A model generated the notes under the pieces. The model was not told the DNA's origin and ran no database searches. It saw nothing but the letters and a program-made list of their open reading frames with translations. Both the position numbers and the translations under genes were made by a program. Of a DNA stretch of 64,000 nt, positions 11,171 through 20,947 are shown piece by piece. The stretch is from Pirellulales bacterium (GTDB taxonomy: Bacteria > Planctomycetota > Planctomycetia > Pirellulales > JAICIG01): NCBI GenBank assembly GCA_040901675.1, contig JBBDYJ010000011.1, forward strand, positions 1 through 64,000. The letters run 5' to 3'. Every line of letters starts with the position of its first letter. Within the stretch, counting starts at the first letter, position 1.

Positions 11171-11623
11171 ATGGCAAGCAATGCGGAAGTGATCGAGATG
11201 CTCAAAGCCGCCTACAGCATGGAGCTGGAGACGGTGATGAACTACCTGGCCAACAGCATCAACCTGGACGGCGTGCGGGCCGAGGAGATCAAGAAATCGC
11301 TGGCCGTCGACATTACCGAGGAGCTCGGTCATGCCACCCAGTTGGGAAATCGGATCAAGCAGATCGGCGGCCTGGTTCCGGGCTCGCTTGCGCTGAAGCT
11401 GGGCAACCAGACACAGCCCACCGACAACACCACCGACGTCGTCGGCGTGATCCGCGCGGTGATCGAGGCCGAGGAAGCCGCCTGCGCCCAGTACAAGAAG
11501 ATCATCCGCGCCACCGACGGCGAGGACTACGTGACGCAGGATCTTTGCATCCAACTGCTCACGGCCGAGGAGCAGCACCTGGTGCTCTTCAAGGGTTTTC
11601 TCAAGGAATACACCCAGGCCTAA
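11171..11623 (+). CDS. Ferritin-like (bacterioferritin-related) protein
   Basis: Di-iron ligands ELETVMNY, EELGH, EAEE, EEQH; AAGGAG RBS. Confidence 0.9.
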   Translation: MASNAEVIEMLKAAYSMELETVMNYLANSINLDGVRAEEIKKSLAVDITEELGHATQLGNRIKQIGGLVPGSLALKLGNQTQPTDNTTDVVGVIRAVIEAEEAACAQYKKIIRATDGEDYVTQDLCIQLLTAEEQHLVLFKGFLKEYTQA

Positions 11624-11999
11624 GGAACGACAATGAGCGGGCGGCCTGGTTCAGCATGGGGTTGAGACGCGTCCTGTTGGGTTGGGCCAGAAGCACCCCA
11701 AAACACTCGCTGTCGGCGATAGCACTCGAAAATCTTTAGAGATTTTCGGTCTCCATAACCCATTGCCGCCATGGCAGTTCCATCCCGGCCCCCCTGGCTT
11801 GGTAAACTTTTCTGTTTGCAGCCTGACTTACTGTCGGCCACATTCTCTTGAAGGACCCGGGGCCTCGCATTCGCGGGGCTTCTGGCGCCCTGCCCGCCAC
11901 GAGACATCGTTCGACGGGCTGCCGGATGATTTTTGCAGGGGGGAGAGCAGTTGGCCCCGCCGGGCAGGCCGGCCGGGGCACGCTTGGACGAGGACAACC

Positions 12000-13364
12000 A
12001 TGAGACACGCATCCGCTTTGTTTGCCAGTTTGTTGTTGACGGCCACGGCCAGCGCCGGGCTGCCATACGCCCAGCAGGCGTACCGGCTGGAGTACCAGAC
12101 GGTGCTCGAACAGCGGCAGGTGACGGCCTACCGCGTCGAGTGCGAGACGGTCTACGACGAGCAGAAAGTGATCAGCTACCGTCCGGTTTGGGAGACCCAG
12201 ATGCACGAGCGGCGCTACACGGTCGCCCGTCCCGTCTGGGAGACGAGCGAGCGGGAAGAACGCTACACGGTCCATCGCCCCGTGTGGGAGACCCGCATCG
12301 AGGACCGCAGCTACGACGTGGTCCGCAACGTGTTCGAGACGCACCAGCGCGAAGAGAAATACACCGTCCACCGCCCCGTGTGGGAAACCACCGAGCGCGA
12401 AGAACGCTACACGGTCCGCCGTCCGGTCTGGGAAACCACCGAGCGCGAGGAAAGCTGCACGGTCATGGAGCCGCAGGTCACCTATCGGCCCGTGCAGGTC
12501 GACCAGGGCTGCTTCGTTGATCAGCAAGTCTGCGTTCCCGGTCCCGTGCGCAACCGGCTGGCGTGGCACCCGGGGGCCTGCGTGGTCGATCCGCTCACGG
12601 GACAAACCGTCTTCCAGCGGGGCGGCCTGCATTGGACCCCGGTCCAAGCGCCCGCCCGTCTGGTGACCCAGCGCGTCTGGCAGTCCAACATCGTCACGCA
12701 CCAGGTGCCGCAGACCACGTTCGTGGCCCGCGTGATGACGCGGAAGGTACCGGTGCAGGTCTGCCGCTACGTGGATGAGCAGCACGTGCGCCGCGTTCCG
12801 CAGCAGGTCTGCCGCATGGTGCAGGAGGAGCACGTGCGGCAGGTGCCGTACACCGTTTGCAAACCGGTTACCGAGCGAGTGGAGAACAAGGTACCGGTGC
12901 AAGTCTGCCGCATGGTGCCTCAAGAGGTGGTCCGCAAGGTGCCGGTGACCACCTGCCGGATGGTGCAGGAACAACGCGTCGAACAGGTGCCCGTCCGCGT
13001 CTGCCGCCAGGTGGCCGTGGAACAGACGGTGCGCGTGCCCCGGCTGGTCGAGAGGCGGGTCCCGGTCACCTATACGTATTGCGTGCCCCGAACCGTGGTC
13101 TGCCGTATTCCGGTCGACGAGTGCGGCGTGCCTTTGCCGGTCGCCGCCCCGCCGGTAATCAGCTCTCCCAGCGACCGGCCTTACAATGGCCAGGCCCCCG
13201 CGCCGGGCGCCGCGCCTTCCAATGGAAGAGCAAGGCCGAACGGCGATCAGCGGCCTCAAGACAATGGCGAGGGCCTCCGTGCACCGCGGATCGATCCCGG
13301 CGAAGACGTGCCCGAACCGGTAGACGAGGAAGCGGCCGACGCCGAAGCGGGCTCGGAGGCCTGA
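12000..13364 (+). CDS. Secreted repeat protein (RYTVxRPVWET and VPVxVCRMV repeats)
   Basis: ATG at 12000 after GAGGA; signal peptide; two blocks of 15-16 aa repeats; Pro/acidic tail. Confidence 0.85.
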   Translation: MRHASALFASLLLTATASAGLPYAQQAYRLEYQTVLEQRQVTAYRVECETVYDEQKVISYRPVWETQMHERRYTVARPVWETSEREERYTVHRPVWETRIEDRSYDVVRNVFETHQREEKYTVHRPVWETTEREERYTVRRPVWETTEREESCTVMEPQVTYRPVQVDQGCFVDQQVCVPGPVRNRLAWHPGACVVDPLTGQTVFQRGGLHWTPVQAPARLVTQRVWQSNIVTHQVPQTTFVARVMTRKVPVQVCRYVDEQHVRRVPQQVCRMVQEEHVRQVPYTVCKPVTERVENKVPVQVCRMVPQEVVRKVPVTTCRMVQEQRVEQVPVRVCRQVAVEQTVRVPRLVERRVPVTYTYCVPRTVVCRIPVDECGVPLPVAAPPVISSPSDRPYNGQAPAPGAAPSNGRARPNGDQRPQDNGEGLRAPRIDPGEDVPEPVDEEAADAEAGSEA

Positions 13365-13409
13365 CTCGTCCCGGCCGGTTGACTACAGGCCGGCAACAAT
13401 CCAGCGCCC

Positions 13410-13449
13410 GGGGCATGGGCCGCCGTTTGGCCCGTGCCCCGTTTTTTTT
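13410..13449 (+). terminator. Rho-independent terminator
   Basis: GGGGCATGGGCC / GGCCCGTGCCCC stem followed by a T-run. Confidence 0.8.
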
Positions 13450-13480
13450 ATCACAAGACCCGGCGGTCGATCCTTGCGGT

Positions 13481-14110
13481 CTATTCCTCGGGCCGCGCCG
13501 GGCCTGGTTTGGCTCCGGAATTCCGCGGCTCCAGCGCCGGTTCGACGTCGAGCACCATCAGCGCCACATCGACGAGTTTTTTGCTTTTGACGCTGGCCAG
13601 GCTCTGCAGCCGCTGGTAGGCGGCGTGTTCGTCGAGGCCCGCGATTTTCATCAACAGGCCCTTGGCCCGCTCGATCACCTTGCGGTCCTCGAGGGTCTTT
13701 CGCAGCGCGGCCGCTTCCGTCCGGGCGGCATCCAACTCGCGGAAACGGTGCATGGCGACCGTAATCGCCGGCCCCAGGTCGGCATCGCCGATCGGCTTGA
13801 CCAGGTAAGCCATCACGCAGCCTGCCTCGGTCCGGCGAATCGTGGCCGGATCGTGGTAGGCGCTTAACAGCACGACGGGGACGGGCGACTGGCGGCAAAC
13901 CTCGACCGCCGCTTCAATCCCGTCCATGTCGGGCATTTTGATGTCGGTGAGAATGAGATCGGGTTGCAGCGAGCGGCACGAACTGACCAGGTCACGGCCG
14001 TTCGAAACGGCCGCCACGACTTCGTGACCCAACTCCATCAGCGATTCGCTCAGGTAGGCCCGCATGTGGGGTTCGTCGTCGGCCACGGCGATTCGAAGCG
14101 TCTCGCTCAT
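13481..14110 (-). CDS. ANTAR-domain response regulator (AmiR/NasT type)
   Basis: Intact receiver (ADDE, TDIKMPDMDG, KP) plus LEDRKVIERAKGLLM..EHAAYQRL ANTAR motif. Confidence 0.93.
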   Translation of the reverse strand: MSETLRIAVADDEPHMRAYLSESLMELGHEVVAAVSNGRDLVSSCRSLQPDLILTDIKMPDMDGIEAAVEVCRQSPVPVVLLSAYHDPATIRRTEAGCVMAYLVKPIGDADLGPAITVAMHRFRELDAARTEAAALRKTLEDRKVIERAKGLLMKIAGLDEHAAYQRLQSLASVKSKKLVDVALMVLDVEPALEPRNSGAKPGPARPEE

Positions 14111-15223
14111 CTAGGCACTCCGCCGCCAGTGCAGGACGATTTCCGCGCCCCGCCCGCGGCCGGCTCCCAGCGAGATGCGGCCGCCATGCGCCTCCACAAT
14201 CCGCTTGGTAATCGGCATTCCCAACCCGGTTCCATGAGTCTTTGTGGTGTAGAACGGCTCGAAAATCCGCTGCCGCTGCTCGCTGTTGAGACCCGGCCCA
14301 TTGTCGATCAGCGACACGCGCACGGCGGGTGCCTGGTCCAGTTGATCCAACGACCAGATCACCTCCAGCGACACCGGATCGCGGCAGGCCGTCAACGAAT
14401 TCTCCAGGATGTTGCGGAACGCCTGGGCCGCGGCAAAGCGGTCGACCTCGCAACAGGCGTCCAAGTCGCGTCCGACTTCACTCAATCGCACCTGGCGGCC
14501 CTGGCGCACGGGGCCTACCTGCGACCAGGCCTCGTGCAGGATGTCGACCAGGCTGCACGGCTGCCGATTCAGCCTGATCGGGGCCGCGTAGGCTCGCACA
14601 CCATCATACAGGTGATACAGGTCCTGCTGCGCCTCCTGGATGCCGGCCAGCAGTTGTTCGGCTTCGCTCTGGCCCTTGATGCGTTTGGCGAGCATGCTCA
14701 GGCAGGCCTGGCTTCGCTGCAAGGCATTGCGGCTTTCGTGAGCCAGGCCGGCCACCATCTGGCCGATGGCGGCCAGTCGTTCGGACTGCAGCAGCAGTTC
14801 CTGGGCTTCCTTGAGGTTGGTGATGTCCTGCCCGACCAGGAGCAAGCTGTTGCCGCGATCGTGGCCTTCCAATCCGCGGGCGTTGAAGACCATCCAGCGG
14901 GTGCTGCCATGCCGGCATTGAACGGGGCTCTCAAAACCCTCGCCCGGATTGCCGGCACGTGCCAGCTTGATTTTTTCAGCGACCGCCTGCCGATGCTCGG
15001 GGGGCAGAAACAACTCGCAGTAATCCTGTCCCTCGACTTCGCCAGCCGTGTAGCCGGTGAGCGTCTCGGCGAACGGGCTGAAATAGGCGATGTGCCGTCC
15101 TTGGAGGATCAGGATCATGCACTGGGCCGCCTCCACCAGGCTGCGAAATGCCATTTCGCTCCGCGGATCGACCAGAATGGCGCCGGCAGCCGTTTCCACT
15201 TGAGCGACTCCTTTCGTCCCCAT
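14111..15223 (-). CDS. PAS-domain sensor histidine kinase
   Basis: PAS domain; ERLAAIGQMVAGLAHESRNAL H-box; N-box; DNGPG; FEPFYTTK; GTGLGM. Confidence 0.93.
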   Translation of the reverse strand: MGTKGVAQVETAAGAILVDPRSEMAFRSLVEAAQCMILILQGRHIAYFSPFAETLTGYTAGEVEGQDYCELFLPPEHRQAVAEKIKLARAGNPGEGFESPVQCRHGSTRWMVFNARGLEGHDRGNSLLLVGQDITNLKEAQELLLQSERLAAIGQMVAGLAHESRNALQRSQACLSMLAKRIKGQSEAEQLLAGIQEAQQDLYHLYDGVRAYAAPIRLNRQPCSLVDILHEAWSQVGPVRQGRQVRLSEVGRDLDACCEVDRFAAAQAFRNILENSLTACRDPVSLEVIWSLDQLDQAPAVRVSLIDNGPGLNSEQRQRIFEPFYTTKTHGTGLGMPITKRIVEAHGGRISLGAGRGRGAEIVLHWRRSA

Positions 15224-15572
15224 TCATAAGGTCGGCTCAGCGATCAAAGACCATGAAATCCGTGCCGCCAACTTTCAAGAAAAGCTGGTTGATCCTCCGG
15301 CCGATCCCCGATATATAGTTGCGGCGGTTTGTCCATGGCGGGCAGCCCGCCATGCTTGGATAGCGCTTCGTGCGCATGTCGCGCACTCAGGGAACTCGCT
15401 TCCCTTCTTGACTGGCCTGGCGCGCAGCGGCCCTCGTGGGGCCCTTGTCGTATGCTGCAGCGGGTCGGCGTCACCCCCCCTCTGGTGCATCGTCACGGTG
15501 TTTTCGTACCCCGGTGCGTTTCGAAACCGATTCACCGCCCGCGAATGGAATCTGACAGGGGAGTAGAGGAAT

Positions 15573-16241
15573 TTGGCAATGACCCGACCGACAGTGTATC
15601 TCCACGCGAGCGACCCGCTGAGCCGCCGCCACCTGGCCCAGCTCGCCGCGCCCTTGGACGTCATCTCCCTCGACCAAGAGCCATCCGCTCGAATGCCGGC
15701 CGGCCTCCATCCCCCGGGCTGTCTCGTGCTCGACATGTCGCTCGATGCCCCGCGCGGCCTCGCGCTGCAAGCCGACCTGATGGCTCGTGGAGTCGGCCTT
15801 CCGGTGATTGCCATCACGGCGCACGGCGAAGTGGCCACTGCGGTGGCTGCGGCCAAGGCGGGAGCGGTTGCGGTCTTCGACCGGCCGCTGGCGGCCGAGC
15901 GGGTCGCGCAAGCCATCCATCAAGCAATCGAAGTCGACCGTCGCAACCAATGCCAAGCGGGCCAGTCGGCTTCGATCGCGCGGCGCATCGACGGCCTCTC
16001 GGCCCACGAGCGAACGGTGCTGGAACTGGTGGTCGCGGGCAACCCCAACAAGGTCATTGCGGCCAGGCTGGGTTACAGCCTTCGCAGCGTCGAGGCCTGG
16101 CGGTCGAAGGTAATGAAGGTTCTCGGGGCAAGATCCTTGGCCGACCTGGTGCGGTTGTGGCTGGCGGCGCGGGTGCCGGCGCCTCACTGGAACACGCTTC
16201 CGGCAACGGTGACCCATGTTGAGGAGTTGAAAACCGCATGA
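15573..16241 (+). CDS. FixJ-like LuxR response regulator with degenerate receiver
   Basis: GCLVLDM, ITAHGEV; HTH LSAHERTVLELVVAGNPNKVIA..RSKVMKVL. Confidence 0.85.
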   Translation: MAMTRPTVYLHASDPLSRRHLAQLAAPLDVISLDQEPSARMPAGLHPPGCLVLDMSLDAPRGLALQADLMARGVGLPVIAITAHGEVATAVAAAKAGAVAVFDRPLAAERVAQAIHQAIEVDRRNQCQAGQSASIARRIDGLSAHERTVLELVVAGNPNKVIAARLGYSLRSVEAWRSKVMKVLGARSLADLVRLWLAARVPAPHWNTLPATVTHVEELKTA

Positions 16242-16651
16242 CCACACTCGACTGCCGGATCCTGTTGGCTGAGGATTGCGCCGACACCCAGCGGCTGATT
16301 TCGCACATGTTGCGCAAGGCGGGCGCCGAGGTCACCGTGGCCGCCGATGGCCAGGCTGCGGTGCAGTGCGTCGTCGATGCCGACGCGGAAGGCCGGCCCT
16401 TCGACTTGATCCTGATGGATATGCAGATGCCGGTCCTGGACGGTTTCAGCGCCACCAGGCGGCTGCGTCAAGATGGCCATCGGGGACCGATCGTCGCCTT
16501 CACCGCGCTGGCGGCCTCGGGCGACCGCGAAGCGTGCATCGGCGCCGGCTGCGATGAGTACCTCACCAAGCCGGTCGAGCGAGAGAGGCTGCTCGGGGTG
16601 ATCTCGAGCTTTGCGAAAAAAGGGCAGGCCGGTGGAAAGCTGTCGGCCTGA
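16238..16651 (+). CDS. Single-domain response regulator receiver
   Basis: ILLAEDC, FDLILMDMQMPVLDG, YLTKP. Confidence 0.92.
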   Translation: MTTLDCRILLAEDCADTQRLISHMLRKAGAEVTVAADGQAAVQCVVDADAEGRPFDLILMDMQMPVLDGFSATRRLRQDGHRGPIVAFTALAASGDREACIGAGCDEYLTKPVERERLLGVISSFAKKGQAGGKLSA

Positions 16652-16655
16652 GTCC

Positions 16656-17315
16656 GTGAGTGTCGCGCCGCGGGGTGCCAGGGAGATCCGGCTTCTCATC
16701 GCCGACGATCAGCCGCTGGTCCGGACGGGACTGGCCCGCTGGTTCGCGAACACCGAACTGAAGATCGTCGCCCAGGCCGATCGGGTCGAGGACCTGGTGC
16801 GCCTGGCGATCGAACAGGCCGCCGACGTGGCCCTCATCGAAACCCACCTGGGCGGCCGCGACGTTTTACCCTGCCTGGCGGAGATCAGGTGCCGGCGGCC
16901 GGCCACGGCGGTACTGATCTTTTCGGCCTACGACAATTCGGCCGATGCGGCCCGCGCCTTGGATGCCCAGGCCGCGGGCTTCCTGCTCAAGACGGCCGGC
17001 CGCGAGCGGTTGCTCGAAACCATCCGGCTGGTGGCCGGCGGAAGGACCGCCTGGCAAGCCCGGGATGCGCGGCGGTTGCGACGGGCCCTGGCGGCGCCAC
17101 CGACCAACGGCGACGTCGGTTCGGCCCTGACGGCTCGCGAGACCCAAGTGCTGAGTCAACTGGCATTGGGCTTGACCAACCGAGAGATCGCGCAAGTGCT
17201 TGCGATCAGCCCCGAAACCGTCAAGGAACACGTCCAGCGCGTGCTGCGCAAGATCGGCGTCCGCGACCGCACCCAGGCGGCCGTCTGGATGGCCCGGAAG
17301 CGGCGTCTGTCTTGA
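16656..17315 (+). CDS. NarL/LuxR-family response regulator
   Basis: LIADDQPLVRTGL; LTARETQVL..GLTNREIA..TVKEHVQRVLRK. Start uncertain. Confidence 0.9.
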   Translation: MSVAPRGAREIRLLIADDQPLVRTGLARWFANTELKIVAQADRVEDLVRLAIEQAADVALIETHLGGRDVLPCLAEIRCRRPATAVLIFSAYDNSADAARALDAQAAGFLLKTAGRERLLETIRLVAGGRTAWQARDARRLRRALAAPPTNGDVGSALTARETQVLSQLALGLTNREIAQVLAISPETVKEHVQRVLRKIGVRDRTQAAVWMARKRRLS

Positions 17316-17329
17316 AGCAGTATCTGCGC

Positions 17330-17692
17330 TTAGTCCACCATCGGGGGCGGGTCTTCGCCGTATTTCGCCCTGTAGGTGGCGGCGAACTGGTCCTTCAGTT
17401 CGGGCTTGCAGACAAAACACTGCGACTGGGGCCGATCGTGCGACGTGCACCAGTCGCCTTGTTCCTTGAAGTCGGCTACCAGGCTGAAATCGCACTGGGC
17501 GCACACCGATTCAGGAATCCCATGCTCTCCGCACCAGTCGCGGCCCGCATAGTTGTGCAGGCCCTCGTCCGGCTTTGCGGCGGCCTTCGTTCGAGCCGAG
17601 TCGCCCCCCGGATTGTCGTCGGCGCTCGTGCAGCCGCCCATGGCAACCGCCACGGACAACACAACGCAATGGGCCAGTACCGTTCGCTTCAT
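17330..17692 (-). CDS. Small lipoprotein with two DWCxxH..ES.CxxC-type metal-binding repeats
   Basis: Lipobox-like AMGGC; DWCGEHGIPESVCAQC and DWCTSHDRPQSQCFVC; lies downstream of czcA. Confidence 0.8.
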   Translation of the reverse strand: MKRTVLAHCVVLSVAVAMGGCTSADDNPGGDSARTKAAAKPDEGLHNYAGRDWCGEHGIPESVCAQCDFSLVADFKEQGDWCTSHDRPQSQCFVCKPELKDQFAATYRAKYGEDPPPMVD

Positions 17693-17735
17693 GAACTGTT
17701 CTCCTTGCATTTAAACGTTGATCAAGCAGAGTGGG

Positions 17736-20700
17736 TTACACCTCGACTGGTTCGCGCGGCAGCGGATCGGGGCCGGCCGCCCTGGCCCGGCGACGCGCAA
17801 AGGGCGATTCGAACACGACGTAGAGCACGCGCACCACCAACAGCGACATGATCATGGCGCTGGTGACGCCGCCGATCACCACCGTCGCCAGCGGCCGCTG
17901 CACCTCCGCCCCCATGCCGGTGCTGAAGGCCATGGGCAAAAAGCCCAACGCGGCCACCAAAGTCGTCATCAGCACCGGCCGCAGCCGGGTGACCGCCGCT
18001 TCCATGACCGCCTCGTCCAGCCCCCGGCCCCGCGCGCGAAGCTGCCGGATGTAGGAAACCAGGATCATGTCGTCCAGCACCGCCACGCCCGACATGGCGA
18101 TGAAGCCAATGGCCGCCGAAATCGAAAAAGGCATGTCCCGCAGCCAGAGAGCAACCACTCCGCCGACCGCGGCAAAGGGCACCGCCGTGAACACGCGCAG
18201 CGTGTCGAGCATGTTCCCATAGGTCACGTACAACAGGCCCAGCACCAGGGCCAGGGCCAGCGGCACCACGACGAGCAGCCGCTTGCGCGAGCTGATCATG
18301 TGCTCGAACTGGCCTCCCCACTCCAGCCGATACCTGCCGGCAGGCAGTTGCACCTGTTCCGAAATCCGCTGCTGGGCCTCGGCCACGAAGCTGCCGATGT
18401 CGCGGCCTCGCACGTTGGCGGTGACGGTGATTCGCCGCTGTCCCCACTCGCGGGTGATCGTGGCCGGCCCCGAGACGAGCCGGATGGAGGCCAGCCGCGA
18501 AAGAGGGATCCGCTCGCCGCGCGCGGTCATGACCAGCACTTCGCCCAGCGCCGCGGCACTTGAGCCGACGTTGTCGGGCAGCCGCACCACGAGCGGGAAG
18601 CGGAACTGCCCCTCGAAGACCTCCCCCAGCGGCAAGCCGCCCATCGATTCGACCAGTTGCAGCACCGTGTCGGCCGGCACTCCGTAGCGGGCGATTTGTG
18701 CCTGGTTCACTTTTATTTCCAGCACGGGCTGGCCGGTAATCTGCTCGGTACCTACGTCGGCGCTGCCCGCGATGCCCCCTAGCACGCGCTCGATCTCCTG
18801 CGCCTTGGCCACCAGAACGTCGAAATCGTCGCCGAACAGCTTGACCGCCAGGTCGGAACGCACGCCGGAAACCATCTCGTTGAGCCGCATCTCGATAGGC
18901 TGGGCCATGGCCAGCCGTTGGCCGGGCAGGCTGCGCAGCTCTTTCTCGACCAGCTCGGCCAGTTGCGACTGCGTGGAGGCCTTGGTCCACTGGCTGCGGG
19001 GCCGCAGCGTGATGAACAAATCGGTCAGTTCCATGCCCATCGGGTCGGTGGCGACCTCGGCCGTTCCGATGCGGCTCCACACGTGCCGCACTTCGTCGGG
19101 AAAGGCGGCCAGGACCGCTCGTTCCATCTGGGTGTTGTATCGGATCGATTCGGCCAGATCGGTGCCGGCCAGCCGCACCACGTTGATGGCCAGGGCCCCT
19201 TCCGACAGCCGGGGCACGAACTCGCTCCCCAGGTTGGGGGCGATGAAGCCGAAAACCGTCACCACCAGGGCGGCGGCCAGGGCGATCACGGCAAACTTCT
19301 GCCGCATCGCAAACCGCAGCACGGGAGTGTGAATGCGATGGGCCAACCGCATCAGCAGCGGCTGGCGGTGCTCGATTCGCCGCGGCAACAGCAGGCTGGC
19401 CAACACCGGCATCAGCGTGAGCGACAGCACCATCGAGCTGGCCAGCGCCAGAACAACCGTCAGCGCCATGGGGCGAAACAGCTTCCCCTCGATTCCCTCC
19501 AACGTCAGGATCGGCAGATACACGATCATGATGATCAGTTCGCCAAACAGCGTCGGCCGCCGCACCTCGACCGCCGCGTCGCGGACCACTTCCAGTCGGC
19601 TGCGTCCGGCGGCCTGTTCCTGGCCGATGTGCCGCGCGCAGTTCTCGACCATCACCACCGAGCTGTCGACGATCATGCCAAAGTCGATCGCCCCCAGGCT
19701 CAGCAGGCTGGCCGCGATCCCAAAGCGAAGCATCCCCGAAAAGGCAAACAGCATCGACAGCGGGATGGCCAGGGCCACGATCAGCGCGGCGCGGATGTTT
19801 CCCAGGAACAAAAACAGCACGGCCGTGACGAGCAATCCGGCCTCGAACAGGTTGGTGCGCACCGTGCGGATCACGTGGTCTACCAGCTCGGTCCGGTCGT
19901 AAACGGTCGTTATTTCGACGTCGGCGGGCAGGCTGAGCTGGTCCAGCTTGTTTTTGAGGGCCCAGGTCGCCTCGTGGCTGTTCTCGCCCATCAGCATGAA
20001 ACCCAAGCCGAGGACCGCTTCTCCCTTACCGTTGGCGGTGACTGCGCCGCGGCGGACGGCATGGCCGATGGCCACGTCGGCCACGTCGGCCAGGCGGACC
20101 GGCACGCCGTCGTGGGCCGTCACCACGATGTCGCCGATCTGCTCCAGGCTGGTCGTGCGTCCGATGCCGTGCACCAGCAGCATTTCGCCCGACTGGCGGA
20201 CCACCCCGCCGCCCACGTTGCGATTGTTGCCTGAAATCGCCTCCACGACCGCGTCGAACGTCAGACCGTGCTTGGCGAGCCGCAGGGGATCGATGCGGAC
20301 CTGGTATTCTTTCTCGTAGCCTCCCCAACTATTGATTTCGGCCGTGCCCTTCACGGTCCGCAGCACCGGCTTGATCATCCAGTCCTGCACGCTGCGCAGG
20401 TGAGTCAGCTTTGTAATCCGCTCCTCTTCGCTCAACGTGGAGTGGTCATAGCCCCGGCTGGTGAGGATGTAGTGGAACACCTCCCCCAGGCCGGTCGAGA
20501 CGGGACCCAGCATGGGCCTCTCGACGCCCCGCGGCAGTTGCGCCGTGGAAAGACGCTCGTGAATCAGTTGCCGCGCGAAGTAAACGTCGGTCCCGTCTTC
20601 GAAAGTAGCCACTACCTGCGACAATCCGAACTTGGAGATCGAACGCAGCTTGTCCAGGTTCGGCAGCCCGCTGATCACCTGCTCGATGGGAAACGTGATT

Positions 20701-20891
20701 TGCTGCTCGACCTCTTCGGGTCCCAGCGATGGCGCCGTCGTGTTGATCTGCACCTGGATCGGCGTGGTGTCTGGAAAGGCGTCGATGTCGAGCCGCGCCA
20801 GCGACGCCGCTCCCAGCGCCGCCAGGGCGGCGGCCAACAGCACCACCAGCAGCCGGTGCCGCAACGAGACGTCGATCACCCAATTGAGCAC
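17736..20891 (-). CDS. czcA: CusA/CzcA heavy-metal RND efflux permease
   Basis: 1051 aa; IDAFPDTT, GAIDFG.IVDSSVVMVEN, EGKLFRPMA, RLRPVLMT, EVQRPLATVVIGG. Confidence 0.95.
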   Translation of the reverse strand: MLNWVIDVSLRHRLLVVLLAAALAALGAASLARLDIDAFPDTTPIQVQINTTAPSLGPEEVEQQITFPIEQVISGLPNLDKLRSISKFGLSQVVATFEDGTDVYFARQLIHERLSTAQLPRGVERPMLGPVSTGLGEVFHYILTSRGYDHSTLSEEERITKLTHLRSVQDWMIKPVLRTVKGTAEINSWGGYEKEYQVRIDPLRLAKHGLTFDAVVEAISGNNRNVGGGVVRQSGEMLLVHGIGRTTSLEQIGDIVVTAHDGVPVRLADVADVAIGHAVRRGAVTANGKGEAVLGLGFMLMGENSHEATWALKNKLDQLSLPADVEITTVYDRTELVDHVIRTVRTNLFEAGLLVTAVLFLFLGNIRAALIVALAIPLSMLFAFSGMLRFGIAASLLSLGAIDFGMIVDSSVVMVENCARHIGQEQAAGRSRLEVVRDAAVEVRRPTLFGELIIMIVYLPILTLEGIEGKLFRPMALTVVLALASSMVLSLTLMPVLASLLLPRRIEHRQPLLMRLAHRIHTPVLRFAMRQKFAVIALAAALVVTVFGFIAPNLGSEFVPRLSEGALAINVVRLAGTDLAESIRYNTQMERAVLAAFPDEVRHVWSRIGTAEVATDPMGMELTDLFITLRPRSQWTKASTQSQLAELVEKELRSLPGQRLAMAQPIEMRLNEMVSGVRSDLAVKLFGDDFDVLVAKAQEIERVLGGIAGSADVGTEQITGQPVLEIKVNQAQIARYGVPADTVLQLVESMGGLPLGEVFEGQFRFPLVVRLPDNVGSSAAALGEVLVMTARGERIPLSRLASIRLVSGPATITREWGQRRITVTANVRGRDIGSFVAEAQQRISEQVQLPAGRYRLEWGGQFEHMISSRKRLLVVVPLALALVLGLLYVTYGNMLDTLRVFTAVPFAAVGGVVALWLRDMPFSISAAIGFIAMSGVAVLDDMILVSYIRQLRARGRGLDEAVMEAAVTRLRPVLMTTLVAALGFLPMAFSTGMGAEVQRPLATVVIGGVTSAMIMSLLVVRVLYVVFESPFARRRARAAGPDPLPREPVEV

Positions 20892-20931
20892 GCAGAAGCT
20901 CCTCGCCGCGTGTTGTTCGAACCTGGCTGGT

Positions 20932-20947
20932 CAGCCCGACCGGGCTG
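20932..20947 (-). promoter_or_regulatory. Putative SECIS hairpin (CAGCCC-GGUC-GGGCUG)
   Basis: Loop starts 24 nt after the in-frame TGA at 20968-20966. Confidence 0.7.

Noticed and set aside
11171..11623. Encapsulin cargo ferritin
   Set aside because: No encapsulin shell gene nearby and no C-terminal targeting extension.
13362..13393. TGA plus hairpin after the repeat protein as a fourth Sec site
   Set aside because: No Cys context, large loop, extension (LVPAG) is uninformative, and a normal terminator follows.
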